Virus record (IMG/VR): IMGVR_UViG_3300033463_005840
Span: 32,001-96,000 of that record
Origin: a virus
Taxonomy: Duplodnaviria > Caudoviricetes
DNA: 64,000 nt
Direction: 5' to 3' (one strand)
A program made the translations under genes and the position numbers. Each line of letters starts with the position of its first letter. Position 1 is the stretch's first letter. Shown one piece after another: positions 40,301 to 49,745 of the stretch. The notes below the pieces were generated by a model. That model worked only from the letters and a program-made list of their open reading frames with translations. It was not told the origin of the DNA and searched no databases.

Positions 40301-40879
40301 AGTTCGGTTTTTAATAATATTATATTGAAACTCATAGAACAATATAATATAAAGATGATTTGCACTGATAGATGGCAAAATATAAAACTATTATCCGATA
40401 TAGAGAATAATGTTAATCTTAATTGTGAGACAAAAACCAAGTCAGTCAATTATGGTGATTTTGAGTTCTTTAAGACTTCTCTTATTGATAATAATATCGT
40501 ATTACCAAAACCGGAAATTCCGTTCGATAAAATTGAGAATTTTGCGACAAGCGACTATCCTGAATGTTATATTCATTATCCACTGGCGCATTTTTACTTA
40601 CAAGCTTTAACGGTGGTTGATATGCAAGGCAAGACTGTTGCTAAAGGTGATGGCCTTACAGATGATATTTTCAGGTCAGCAGTTTTGGCTCATGCAGTAA
40701 TAACGGATAATAAATATTGTGATATTTTTAATGCTCCTGTTAATGTCCTGCCAAAGATTTCTAATAGGGGATTATGCGCTGGTGCAGATGGTAATGTAAT
40801 AGGCTCATGTAATATAGGTGCTAATCCTAATGGCGCTTTTTCCGGAAATTTTTCAATAGGAGCTTTGCCGATTAGATGA
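37394..40879 (+). CDS. terL: terminase large subunit with intein
   Basis: Walker A GQR|SGKS split by the intein, LRG..DEVGW Walker B, ISSP motif, RNase H LALDAG..SFA, DDIFR. Confidence 0.9.
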   Translation: MSFNPEDFVASLLSQVDALPPDISIDDREIPLAKNCIEFCHSRDFIGNMIPDKLFPRQIEILVKLNAEYCPHCTDMEYFGDIKTPSKIIVNDFVTNVLSHIQLLDYGKCPKCGARKSELYKNGELYTPTEYVACMGQRCVTGDTLIPTNFGTFSFKELASYQDNSEGFSPYKTKIRLITDRKLVLLPSHFYKKENEDIYEVKTKCGFSIKGTPEHPLYTKDGFIKIKDLKTKQIIPIYYNSDIFGNNHEWTTKHRPFVSFSKFRANARKAFKALRQTKLLKKITYTGIKPDADLCKMLGFWVAEGCKNANIVNTDKEVLDFCEKQLKRLIVQKDLIIRTQNSVGSRLLGICVYLNEILEGKIKAGSSGKRIPSWIFKCNKKMQAAFLQGLFEGDGGTEKNQSITYYSKSAGLIDDLKNMLLNFGIITKTYSRYKWATNGSSKQKPCLVHILNINGKFLEIFQKEINFFSDYKKERLTRCVDFYKKRQKNFSYWYDKFPHCIKEEFFDLLKDMVADIKDVTIYNFYTQGLVCGTLHHLIFFDSFEKAIRDDVELTRNNLTFMYNKIKSSSKYVHLSLASKTKLEAFYLKYMEEGILWDEVASIEYKGKDTVYDVTIPEHHCFLGNGFLNHNSGKSAISSIQLAYIIHRFLKTPNLQKVYKLLPSSPFTIPLVGLSFEKAKELLYNALYKYVTEGNWFIQYAEFLDKESSRMGCQPLYVIKDTFMRFRHKNILIAPFGPDKRKLRGNTSISSATDEVGWFLKGGIEGIKFDADEIYASVNNSLMTAKESYLRLLSEGYDNLPVPMNINISSPSSKKDKICRLYEDSKHDDYMFGMHLATWEVNPYLPFDGPTMQALLKKHGKNFWRDFGAVPPNSSNAFINDIKLLENCASKRNNICNLEQYSEVVGSKNYTTARISTVIRDNNVANRILALDAGVTHNSFAFAIASLQGKKVIFDLLTEVIPSPDAPINYSSVFNNIILKLIEQYNIKMICTDRWQNIKLLSDIENNVNLNCETKTKSVNYGDFEFFKTSLIDNNIVLPKPEIPFDKIENFATSDYPECYIHYPLAHFYLQALTVVDMQGKTVAKGDGLTDDIFRSAVLAHAVITDNKYCDIFNAPVNVLPKISNRGLCAGADGNVIGSCNIGANPNGAFSGNFSIGALPIR
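37808..39283 (+). mobile_element. LAGLIDADG intein (492 aa) in terminase P-loop
   Basis: CVTGDT..GTPEHP..LGFWVAEG..FLQGLFEGDG..VYDVT..NGFLNHN|S. Confidence 0.92.
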
Positions 40880-40988
40880 TTTTTCTTAAAAAATACCATT
40901 TTTAACAATATATATATTTATAGAAAGTGAACGAAAGGACGTTTGCTAAAAATAATTAAAACGTTTTAATTTAAACATAGGTGTCAGA

Positions 40989-42332
40989 ATGTTGAATTTT
41001 AAAAAGAGAGTTAGTTTGAATTTGCAAAAAGTTTTTGACATTTCAAAGAATGTCAAAAAAGTTATGTGTGAAGTTAATACCAATGACTATACATTTAATG
41101 ATATAAAGTCGGCGGCGATTGACTTGTTTACAGTTAAGGCTTCCATGGTTAAGAGCACTTATCGGCAAGTTGCTGATAATTATGTTTCGTTTGTTCTTAT
41201 GCCAAATAAGATTTCAAAGCCTTATGATAAGACCAAGTATAAAACAATTTCCTCAGATATAATCTCTGATATTCAGGATAATAGCATTTGGAAAGTCGTT
41301 GATGTGGATGGAGAGAAGAGAATAGTTTTGATTGATGACCAAAACTTCAATAATATCTTTAAAGCGTCAACCAGAATTTCAACTTTCGCTGCAATGTATG
41401 AGCCGCCGAAAGCAGCAATAAATGATTATGTGTCTTTTTATTCGATTAAAAGCAATGCGTTGGTTTCTGGTATTGTTACAGAAGCTGAAGATGATACTTC
41501 AATTATTATTGACCGTAACTGTAAATATCACCGCATTAAAAATAATGCAATCATTGACGTTGCTGATATGCACAATTCCAGTTTGAATCAATGCTTGTCA
41601 AATCTTACTGAAACTATGGGCGACAATGTTCTTTCTTATTATAAAATGCTTTATGATAATACAGCGTTCTTTGATAAATTAGATGAATTGGTTGGTATTG
41701 ACGTTAAGAGTAATAAGGGCGGCGATACTATGACCATTCAATCCGCTTTGTTGGATGAAGATACTATTAATAATATGAAAGATGTTATTAAAGATTATTT
41801 CATTAATAATATTGACAATGAAGAAGATGTTGGTAATACGGAAGGTGATTTTGATATTGACGTTGACCCTATGTTTGAGGGCGATGACGTTTTAGAGTTT
41901 GTTGTTGATGAGAACGATGATTTGGAAACTCTTGAAGATGTACCTTCTGCTGATGTTCTTACACCTGTTGAAACGCCGGTTATCGTTGACAATCCTGCTA
42001 TTACGGATATTGGTGTTGACCATGTTGCGCCTGTTACGGATATTGCGCCTGTTGCACCCGCTATTCCGGCTGTTGAACCTGTTATACCGGAAGCCGACCC
42101 TGCAATGCCATTGATGGTTGATGAAACTATTCCAACTATTGATATGGAAACTCCTGTTGCTCCGACATACAATCCTTCTGATATTATCGTCAATCCCGAT
42201 AATTCGGTGACAAGACAAGAAATTTTGCCTTCGCAAAAAGATAATATAGTTCCCGAAGACGAGCTTTCTGTTGACGATTTGATAGATGAAGTTTTAGAGG
42301 AAGAAAAGAAGGAATTAGGTGACAATGTATAA
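40989..42332 (+). CDS. putative head-associated protein with acidic Pro-rich tail
   Basis: Late motif at 40911; Asp/Pro-rich C-half ending VDDLIDEVLEE. Confidence 0.55.
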   Translation: MLNFKKRVSLNLQKVFDISKNVKKVMCEVNTNDYTFNDIKSAAIDLFTVKASMVKSTYRQVADNYVSFVLMPNKISKPYDKTKYKTISSDIISDIQDNSIWKVVDVDGEKRIVLIDDQNFNNIFKASTRISTFAAMYEPPKAAINDYVSFYSIKSNALVSGIVTEAEDDTSIIIDRNCKYHRIKNNAIIDVADMHNSSLNQCLSNLTETMGDNVLSYYKMLYDNTAFFDKLDELVGIDVKSNKGGDTMTIQSALLDEDTINNMKDVIKDYFINNIDNEEDVGNTEGDFDIDVDPMFEGDDVLEFVVDENDDLETLEDVPSADVLTPVETPVIVDNPAITDIGVDHVAPVTDIAPVAPAIPAVEPVIPEADPAMPLMVDETIPTIDMETPVAPTYNPSDIIVNPDNSVTRQEILPSQKDNIVPEDELSVDDLIDEVLEEEKKELGDNV

Positions 42333-42555
42333 TAGATTGCGTAATCGCTTAGAGTCTAACTTAAATAGTGCTGATTATATATCTTTGAATATTCCTTTAC
42401 TTATGCGTGTTTTGGAATATGCTCATGAAGATGCTAATGATGATTTAGATTTGCACTTCATTGTTGAAAGGATGATTGATTTATCGGCTAATAAAGAAGT
42501 TTTGACAATGAGCGATTATACTTCTATCGTTGATAAGTTGCACTATCAAAAATAA
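42325..42555 (+). CDS. small phage protein with basic leader
   Basis: MYNRLRNRLESN, then IPLLMRVLEYAHEDA..DLH..ERM. Confidence 0.65.
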   Translation: MYNRLRNRLESNLNSADYISLNIPLLMRVLEYAHEDANDDLDLHFIVERMIDLSANKEVLTMSDYTSIVDKLHYQK

Positions 42556-42577
42556 CCTTTTCAAAAGGGAATAAAAG

Positions 42578-43948
42578 ATGTCGGACAATGTTTTAATCCG
42601 AGACGAAGGCAATATTATAGAGGTCGTTCAAGGTCGTGACTTAACAGTTTGTAAGATTGTTAAGTCAGACGTTGAGATTGAGAAACTTAAATTTATTCAG
42701 TTAGCAGATACGCCTGACACCTATGTTGATAATAAAGGCAAGACACTAAAAGTAAATGCTGATGAAAATGGGTTAGAGTTTACTGATTCTTATGATACTT
42801 TTATCTCTTTGACAGATACTCCGGCATCTTATACTGGTAATGAAGGCAGACTTGTTATTGTAAATAATGAGGGAACAGGTCTTAATTTTGTTAATTATTC
42901 TGCTGGCTCAATAACAATTCAATATTTTACTCAATTAGCTGATGTTCCTGCCTCTTACTCTGGAGCTGCTGGTAAAGTCGTTGCTGTTAAGCAAAGTACA
43001 AATGGATTGGAATTTAAAACTGCTAATGAGTTACTTACTACACAATCTGGCGTTAATGCTGGTGTTTATAGTTATCCTATTGTTACTGTTAATAATAAAG
43101 GACTTATTACAAGCATAGAAAATGGCGTACCTTTTGAGTTTCCTCCATTTACCGCTTATAATCTATTAATTGGTGATGGCTCAAAGACACCCGCAGAAGT
43201 GCCTCATGGTGCTATGTATCAAACACTCGTAACAACTGCAAATACAGGTGCAGTTGCTTGGAATTGGCTTGGTTCGTTATTTGATAATAATGGCCATATG
43301 ATATTCCATGCTACAAGTGATTCCTCTACAAATTATTCCACGTTAGTTGTGCATACTGACGGTTCTAATGTTAAATTATATCCTGAGACTTCCACTAATG
43401 CTTTTATATTAGGATATAATGGCGAGTTTACAATCACATCATCTTATTCAATCTTTGATAATGATGTTAAGATTTTATCAGGTAATGAGGTTGTTTCTGA
43501 AGGACCTTTATCATTAAAACCTGAGACTGTTGTTAAAATTTCTGATGATATTGACCCTGCTACTTATGCCTCTAGGATTATTAATGACAACGACCTTGTA
43601 ACAAAGAAGTACGTAGAGTCGCATCAAATTGATACAAGCAATCTTTTAAAACGGACTGCTTCTAGTGTAATGGAAGATAACACTGTTGTTTATTCATTGC
43701 CTGTTGGTGCAGAAACCGAATGTTTAATTGTTAACGTGACATCTGGTTTTAATGAGGGTGCTACAATATTATTAATGGATTCTTTAGGAAATATTCTTAT
43801 TAATGAAGATGACATCCCGTCATTAAATACATCAGATTTAATAAGATTATATTTTGATGATAAGGTTGTTGACGAGAATTATCAAATTTCTGTTGTTGTA
43901 AGCAATTATGAATTTGGTACTGCAAATGTTTATTTAACATACTTCTAA
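42578..43948 (+). CDS. fibre-like virion protein
   Basis: Three repeats F.QL.DTP.SY.G..GK.V.V....GLEF; TVNNKGLITS; DLVTKKYV fibre motif. Confidence 0.7.
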   Translation: MSDNVLIRDEGNIIEVVQGRDLTVCKIVKSDVEIEKLKFIQLADTPDTYVDNKGKTLKVNADENGLEFTDSYDTFISLTDTPASYTGNEGRLVIVNNEGTGLNFVNYSAGSITIQYFTQLADVPASYSGAAGKVVAVKQSTNGLEFKTANELLTTQSGVNAGVYSYPIVTVNNKGLITSIENGVPFEFPPFTAYNLLIGDGSKTPAEVPHGAMYQTLVTTANTGAVAWNWLGSLFDNNGHMIFHATSDSSTNYSTLVVHTDGSNVKLYPETSTNAFILGYNGEFTITSSYSIFDNDVKILSGNEVVSEGPLSLKPETVVKISDDIDPATYASRIINDNDLVTKKYVESHQIDTSNLLKRTASSVMEDNTVVYSLPVGAETECLIVNVTSGFNEGATILLMDSLGNILINEDDIPSLNTSDLIRLYFDDKVVDENYQISVVVSNYEFGTANVYLTYF

Positions 43949-43965
43949 TTTTGGAGAGGTAGTGC

Positions 43966-44439
43966 ATGGATTTTTTAATAAATGTAACACCAGTTGGCAA
44001 AGGTAGACCCAGAGTATCTTCCAGAGGTGGTTTTGCTCGTATGTATACGCCAAAAAAGACCAGTGATTTTGAAACCCTTGTTCGAAATCAAGTTATTAAA
44101 ACTATGACAGATAATAATTGGCAGATGTTTGGGGAAGACATACCGCTGATTGTTGAATTATATCTTTATTTTCCGATGTCAAAGAGCTTGTCTAAAAAGA
44201 AGAAAATTGATTTAAAGAATAAATATCATACAAAAAAGCCGGATGTTGATAATGTCATAAAAGCGGTTCTGGATGCTTGCAATGAAGTTGTTTATTATGA
44301 TGATTCACAGATTGTAACCATAACAAGTGTAAAACGCTATGTTGATGATATAGAGAGAGATACCGGTTTAATTAGTATGCGAGTCATGCAAGCTCCTGAA
44401 CAGCTCAGTATCTTTGAAAGTGGAGCTGAAAATGCCTAA
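43966..44439 (+). CDS. rusA: RusA family Holliday junction resolvase
   Basis: PVGKGRPR..YTPKKT..KKPDVDN..KAVLD..YDDSQIV. Confidence 0.9.
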   Translation: MDFLINVTPVGKGRPRVSSRGGFARMYTPKKTSDFETLVRNQVIKTMTDNNWQMFGEDIPLIVELYLYFPMSKSLSKKKKIDLKNKYHTKKPDVDNVIKAVLDACNEVVYYDDSQIVTITSVKRYVDDIERDTGLISMRVMQAPEQLSIFESGAENA

Positions 44440-44713
44440 AGTGGGAGATTTGCAAAGAGGCTCTTGGGAATTAAAAGCATTGAACTTTCTTGTTAGTTAT
44501 TGTGCAAGAGAGAGGATTCGTTACAATAATAAAGAGTGCCGAGATGAGTTTGTTATTGTTGATTACGGTCTTAATGATAATTCTCAATTAGAGATTGATA
44601 CCGGTTATGTTGATGAGGAAGGCAATCTTTCTAAAAATTGGGTGACAAATTATTTCGACTTAAATAGAGATGGATTAGAATTTGCTCTAAGATATTTGGG
44701 TTTGGATTTTTAA
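44432..44713 (+). CDS. hypothetical protein, paralog of 20108..20407
   Basis: Alignment by eye. Confidence 0.7.
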   Translation: MPKVGDLQRGSWELKALNFLVSYCARERIRYNNKECRDEFVIVDYGLNDNSQLEIDTGYVDEEGNLSKNWVTNYFDLNRDGLEFALRYLGLDF

Positions 44714-44761
44714 AAATTTTTGTATTTTAAAATGTTCTTAAATTTTAAGAGGGTTTCTTAA

Positions 44762-45001
44762 ATGTTCAATTTTCTGAAAAACACTTTTAAGCGAAGAAGC
44801 TTAACAGATAAAGAGTTTGTTCAAGTTCTTTTAAAAGAGTTAGTTGAACGAACTTTACCCAAGAATCGAGTTCATAACCAAGTTAATAAGGCTTTATTTA
44901 AACTCGACAAACTTTCAGAGAATACTTGGGATAAGAATCTTTTGAATGAGATTAAGGAAGACTTGGAATTAATTTTAGATGAGAAAGAGTTATTAAAATG
45001 A
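44762..45001 (+). CDS. small hypothetical protein
   Basis: GAGGG RBS, 79 aa. Confidence 0.55.
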   Translation: MFNFLKNTFKRRSLTDKEFVQVLLKELVERTLPKNRVHNQVNKALFKLDKLSENTWDKNLLNEIKEDLELILDEKELLK

Positions 45002-45576
45002 CAAAAAAATGTGTTATCGGAATTAATGGTAAAATTAATAGTGGTAAAGATACTGCCGCTAAGTATCTTGCAGATGTTTTAGATGGAAAGATATTTCATT
45101 TTGCTACACCTGTTAAAGAAATTGTTAATGCTGCGTTTAATGTTCCCCTTGACTGGATGGAAGATAGAACATTAAAAGAATCTAACTTTAAAGGTAGCAA
45201 TGATATAACTCTTAATGTCCGTGATTTGATGCGTTTTGTCGGACAGTCTTTTAAAGAGAAAGACCCGGATGTCTGGGTTAATATTTGTCGTAAAAAGATT
45301 AATTGCTTTTATTATGAAAACAAAGATTCTTATAAACATAAGGTTATGTATTTCATAATTCCGGATTTGCGTTTTGCCAATGAAGCAAAAATCTGTGATT
45401 ATACTATTAATGTTACAAGAGATGTGGCTATGAATAACGATACGTCAATAACAGAGAACTCCCTTAATGACTTTAAGTTTGATTACACAGTTACGAATAA
45501 CGGCAAGATGGAAGACTTCTTTATTGAGTTGTATAAGATTTCAAACGACATAGAAAGCACATTCTTAGAAAAATAA
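44998..45576 (+). CDS. deoxynucleoside monophosphate kinase
   Basis: GINGKINSGKDT, FATPVK, RDLMRFVG, PDVWV, IPDLRFANE. Confidence 0.88.
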   Translation: MTKKCVIGINGKINSGKDTAAKYLADVLDGKIFHFATPVKEIVNAAFNVPLDWMEDRTLKESNFKGSNDITLNVRDLMRFVGQSFKEKDPDVWVNICRKKINCFYYENKDSYKHKVMYFIIPDLRFANEAKICDYTINVTRDVAMNNDTSITENSLNDFKFDYTVTNNGKMEDFFIELYKISNDIESTFLEK

Positions 45577-45694
45577 TTTTTTTTTGAAAAATTTTTCTTT
45601 ACTTTTTTAAAAAATTATTTTAAATTAAATTCGTTTAAAAATTCTAACTCTAACCATTTTTAACTTAATGAAAAACACCGAGAGAGGATAATTC

Positions 45695-46903
45695 ATGCAG
45701 AGCATCGTTTGTGCGGAGATAAATGCACTCGTTAAACCTATTATTGGTTTAGATAATTTATTAACAATGCCTTATACAGAGTATGTGAATATGGTAAAGA
45801 CTTTAATTAAGGTTAAATTCGGGGTGCTTAAAGCCTCACAAATGAATAAAGAAATATCAAAGATTATACCGATTCCCAGAGACAGAATAGCTTTACGAGA
45901 AAAAATCAGGAATGATGAAGACCTTACGAATTATGTGAGCCTCTTGCATAGTGAGATGCTTGCCGGTAATGAGGTTCCTTTTTTGACATTGGATGACGTT
46001 GTATCTTTAAAGAAATTACCCAGAGCATTATCTGATAATAGTGTTAGGAAATATTGTGAAAGTGCTTTAATGTTTCTATCTAAATATATCAGGGCGATGG
46101 TTAACAGACGCTTGCATAAAATGCTAGTAAGAAACAATGATATAGACGCTGAGGATATAGTTTCTAAAGTTTATATGGCCACTTATGATAGATGTCGTGA
46201 TGCCGTAATGACAAAGCGGGGACAGTATCTTGTCAATTACTTAAAACTTAAAATCAATTCCGAGATTCTTAATATTCAAGGATATTATTTTTCTGATAAA
46301 AGAAGCGTGGTTGAAAAAATCGAGGTTAAAGGTAATAAAAAAACTGGAACCTCTGAAAATTCTGCAGATATGAAAAACAAAGCGAAAACCCTCCATAATC
46401 TTCTCGAAAAACAAGATATTACACAAGATGATATTCGAGATATTGTGCAGTGTGATTATTTGCCAGTAAAGCAAAACGATGAGCTAGGAAGTGAAGACAA
46501 GACGTTTTATTATAATAGTCGTATTGTTAATGAGTATGATGCTACCAATGATAATGGTGAGGAGTTGGATTATTTTAATTGCATACCTGATACTTCGATG
46601 CCTACGGTTATTGAAAATAACGAAATTACATATAAACTGGAAAAGAAATTAGTGGACTTAAAGCAGGATGATGCTACTAAAGGTGAGCGATTGTCAGCTC
46701 GTATCCTTGAGATTGTTATGAATAAATCAGAGGCTTTCCTTAAATATTGTTCAAATAAAGCCGGCGAGGTCTTTCATGATACTCTTAATATTTTGGAGAG
46801 ATGCGGCCGTGTCAGTTTTCTTCATTACCTTAAAGATTATATGGGAGTTTCTTTGGAAACTATACAGAGATATTCCAGAAAATTCAAAGCTTTAGTTATC
46901 TAG
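45695..46903 (+). CDS. putative divergent sigma factor-like protein
   Basis: Region-2-like IDAEDIVS..Y...LVNYLKLKINSEI; C-terminal HTH-like LKDYMGVSLETIQRY. Confidence 0.4.
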   Translation: MQSIVCAEINALVKPIIGLDNLLTMPYTEYVNMVKTLIKVKFGVLKASQMNKEISKIIPIPRDRIALREKIRNDEDLTNYVSLLHSEMLAGNEVPFLTLDDVVSLKKLPRALSDNSVRKYCESALMFLSKYIRAMVNRRLHKMLVRNNDIDAEDIVSKVYMATYDRCRDAVMTKRGQYLVNYLKLKINSEILNIQGYYFSDKRSVVEKIEVKGNKKTGTSENSADMKNKAKTLHNLLEKQDITQDDIRDIVQCDYLPVKQNDELGSEDKTFYYNSRIVNEYDATNDNGEELDYFNCIPDTSMPTVIENNEITYKLEKKLVDLKQDDATKGERLSARILEIVMNKSEAFLKYCSNKAGEVFHDTLNILERCGRVSFLHYLKDYMGVSLETIQRYSRKFKALVI

Positions 46904-46936
46904 TTTTTCTTTTTAAAAATCAGGGAGTAGCTAAAA

Positions 46937-48367
46937 ATGGAAAACACTGTCAATAGTCTAACCGTGATGGACAAACTCTTTTTTGCACTTGAACAAAGAC
47001 AGAAAGAATCTGTCCTAGTTATTATTGAGTCGATGCTTGCCGCTAATAAAAAATTAGCAGGAGTACAGGAAATTAAACAAGAGATAAAATCAAAAGATGA
47101 TGTTTTGGATTCTTTCGCTTCTGATTTAGAGGTGTTAAATAATGAAGATAATACTAACGCTGCAAATGAAACGACCATTACAAGTGACACACAAGCAGCA
47201 ACTCAATCTGACGTGTCTGATAATGAAGTGGAAGAAAGTGTTAAACAAGAGATTATTCCAGAAACAGTGCCTGAAAATGCAGCTAATACAAGTGAGTTAA
47301 AAGAGATTGTGCAGGATTCGGATATTCCGGTTGTTACTTATATTCGAAAATCACATAATATCGACATGGCGAGTAGCACTATTGATACAACTAAGTTTGT
47401 TAATTTTGGCATTTTTGATTTCTGGGAAATCAAAGCTAATAAGATTACGTTTATTGTTGATGATATTGAAAGCATTCCAGATAATGCCACAAATGTCAAA
47501 GAAATAGCCGGTGAAGAAAAAACTGAACCGAAAATTAAATCTGAGGATAGTGCTATTAAATCAGACAGTAAGGCTAAGGTTGTTAAAAAACGTAGAAGAC
47601 GTAGAAAGACAGCTGAAGTGGATGTCAAAGAATCGCAAGCTCCTGTAAAAAGAAGACGTAGACGGAAAACCAAAATTATTGACGAACATGTAAAAGATGA
47701 CATTTCTAATGTTCCAGATAATAAGAATCCTCTTGCTGATAATAGCTCTTTGCCTGTGATACAAGAGAATATTAAAGAGGAGAATACGGAAACCCCTGAT
47801 AACATAACGCTAGATGAGGTAATACCACAAGAAAATCTTGAAAGTAAAACAGACGTTAATGAAAGTTCTTTTGATAATACCCCTGCCAATAACGAGCCGT
47901 TGGTTGCAGATGCGGAGAAAACACCGGAAATATTGATTGATGATAATATGGATGCCGATACCAAAGCGTTTATACAAAAAACTCTTGCAGAGAAGCCTGT
48001 GGTTGTTGATGGGGATTATTTAAAATATGCTCGTTCTCGTAAATATGAAAACACTCCTCGCGGAAAACCGATGGGACCTATGCCAAAGTTAGAACAGGTT
48101 ATCTTTAATAATTTTGATAAGTATTTTAACGCTTTAGGTATAGATTCTTATTGTCGGGTTAATAATATTGAATCTGATGAGGAAAAAAGATTATTTGTGG
48201 GAATGTTGATTGAAAAAAGCAAAGAGTTTGATAAACTGACAATAACCGAGTTTAGAAATCTGGCAAAAGCATTTGGTATAAAATGTAAGTCTTTGAAAAA
48301 TATTCGTACTGGTTATTTACAGCGTATAAAACTCGCAGCAGTTGTTTCAAGAGTAATTAATGGGTGA
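46937..48367 (+). CDS. largely disordered acidic protein with two poly-Arg motifs
   Basis: VKKRRRRRKT and VKRRRRRKT within an acidic low-complexity region. Confidence 0.65.
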   Translation: MENTVNSLTVMDKLFFALEQRQKESVLVIIESMLAANKKLAGVQEIKQEIKSKDDVLDSFASDLEVLNNEDNTNAANETTITSDTQAATQSDVSDNEVEESVKQEIIPETVPENAANTSELKEIVQDSDIPVVTYIRKSHNIDMASSTIDTTKFVNFGIFDFWEIKANKITFIVDDIESIPDNATNVKEIAGEEKTEPKIKSEDSAIKSDSKAKVVKKRRRRRKTAEVDVKESQAPVKRRRRRKTKIIDEHVKDDISNVPDNKNPLADNSSLPVIQENIKEENTETPDNITLDEVIPQENLESKTDVNESSFDNTPANNEPLVADAEKTPEILIDDNMDADTKAFIQKTLAEKPVVVDGDYLKYARSRKYENTPRGKPMGPMPKLEQVIFNNFDKYFNALGIDSYCRVNNIESDEEKRLFVGMLIEKSKEFDKLTITEFRNLAKAFGIKCKSLKNIRTGYLQRIKLAAVVSRVING

Positions 48368-48376
48368 GAAAAAATA

Positions 48377-48646
48377 ATGGAAAATACAAATTTAAAAGAC
48401 TTGGATTATGTGATTCAGGCATTAAAACAAATCGGTAATGAACAAAATCTTTCTGTCAATGAGAGAGTTTTGGTTAGTATTGCTAAAACAAAATTAAAGT
48501 TCTTTGGCAAAGATAATTTTAAAAAATGTCCGTGTTATCCTCCTGATGACAATGAACACGGATGCAACTCCGTTAAATGTTTGAGTGAGATTGCAGATAA
48601 CGGCGTTTGTCATTGCAACCTGTTTTCAAAAAAAAGAGGTGCATGA
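48377..48646 (+). CDS. ferredoxin-thioredoxin reductase catalytic-subunit-like protein
   Basis: CPC...GCNSVKC..EI...GVCHCNLF Cys pattern of FTR beta subunit (middle CPC altered). Confidence 0.7.
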   Translation: MENTNLKDLDYVIQALKQIGNEQNLSVNERVLVSIAKTKLKFFGKDNFKKCPCYPPDDNEHGCNSVKCLSEIADNGVCHCNLFSKKRGA

Positions 48647-49011
48647 TGGCGATTGAGATTAAACCTATACGCTTAAGAGATTATAAGTACAAAGACCTTG
48701 TTATATATAAGCCTCAAAATTCAAGCGAAATTAAAAACGTTTTGGAGAATATCAAGCATAATAAGGTATATTGTGCTGCCATAAAAACCACAATGTTTAT
48801 TGCAACCTCTTATAAAGACTTGACTCAATTTGTGACGGCTCTTTATGATGAAAAGTTAATAAAGAAAGAAATAACAACAAAATATCTGGCGATATTTCAT
48901 TGTTATAATAATAAAATTTATCTTAAAGAAGACTCGGATATCAGAAAATTAAGAGGTTTTGTTTTAGCATCCGTCAAGAGACGGTTAGTTCCCAGCAAAA
49001 AGGAGGATTAA
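48643..49011 (+). CDS. hypothetical protein
   Basis: ATGA overlap, GAGG RBS. Confidence 0.55.
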   Translation: MMAIEIKPIRLRDYKYKDLVIYKPQNSSEIKNVLENIKHNKVYCAAIKTTMFIATSYKDLTQFVTALYDEKLIKKEITTKYLAIFHCYNNKIYLKEDSDIRKLRGFVLASVKRRLVPSKKED

Positions 49012-49017
49012 ATTTAG

Positions 49018-49236
49018 ATGATTTATTTAACTTGCACATTAATATTCTTTGGAGCTTTGATGCTCTATTTACTTATTTCTGTATATCGTGATTCCGGTAA
49101 ACTTCAGAATCAAATTGATATTGATAAAGAACGTGAACATCAATTAGAAGCAAGTAAAGAAAAAGATAAAATGAATGATGACCAGCTTTTAGAGTGGTTG
49201 GAAAAACAGAAGAAAAAAGAGAAAGGAAATAAGTAA
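49018..49236 (+). CDS. i-spanin (Rz)-like membrane protein
   Basis: N-terminal TM helix plus charged coiled coil. Confidence 0.45.
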   Translation: MIYLTCTLIFFGALMLYLLISVYRDSGKLQNQIDIDKEREHQLEASKEKDKMNDDQLLEWLEKQKKKEKGNK

Positions 49237-49745
49237 TGGACATTACAATAAAAAAGGAATATTTTAAAGAATCGCCATACGCTGAATATTCAGAAGATAT
49301 AACTTTAAATGCTTTGGGAATCTTTGATATTACAGCAATTCCCGGCGGTGGTACTTTATTAAAGTTTAATTTTGGACTTGAAGAGATTGAATTAAAGACA
49401 GACCTGATTGTTACGATTACAATGTTAGCTAATCTTGTTCAAGACGCTAATATGTCATTTGAGAAAAACACTGTAAATAAAAAGACTACAACTGAATTTC
49501 ATATAATTGAAAAGGGTCCACATAAAACAATTTTTAACGAACAAATAACTCTTTATGACCCAAAGACAGAAGATTCTTCGGAAAAGGAAGCTGATAAACC
49601 AAAAACCAAAAAAACGTGGAGCAGACGTAAGAAAAACGTTGAGCCACAAAATCCGAACGAGTTGGAGAGTAAAAACACACAAAATTCGCAGGAACCAGTT
49701 AAGAAAGCCAAAAGACCTTATCATCGGAGAAAGAAAAATGTTTAA
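49236..49745 (+). CDS. hypothetical protein with duplicated basic tail
   Basis: SRRKKNV and HRRKKNV repeats. Confidence 0.6.
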   Translation: MDITIKKEYFKESPYAEYSEDITLNALGIFDITAIPGGGTLLKFNFGLEEIELKTDLIVTITMLANLVQDANMSFEKNTVNKKTTTEFHIIEKGPHKTIFNEQITLYDPKTEDSSEKEADKPKTKKTWSRRKKNVEPQNPNELESKNTQNSQEPVKKAKRPYHRRKKNV

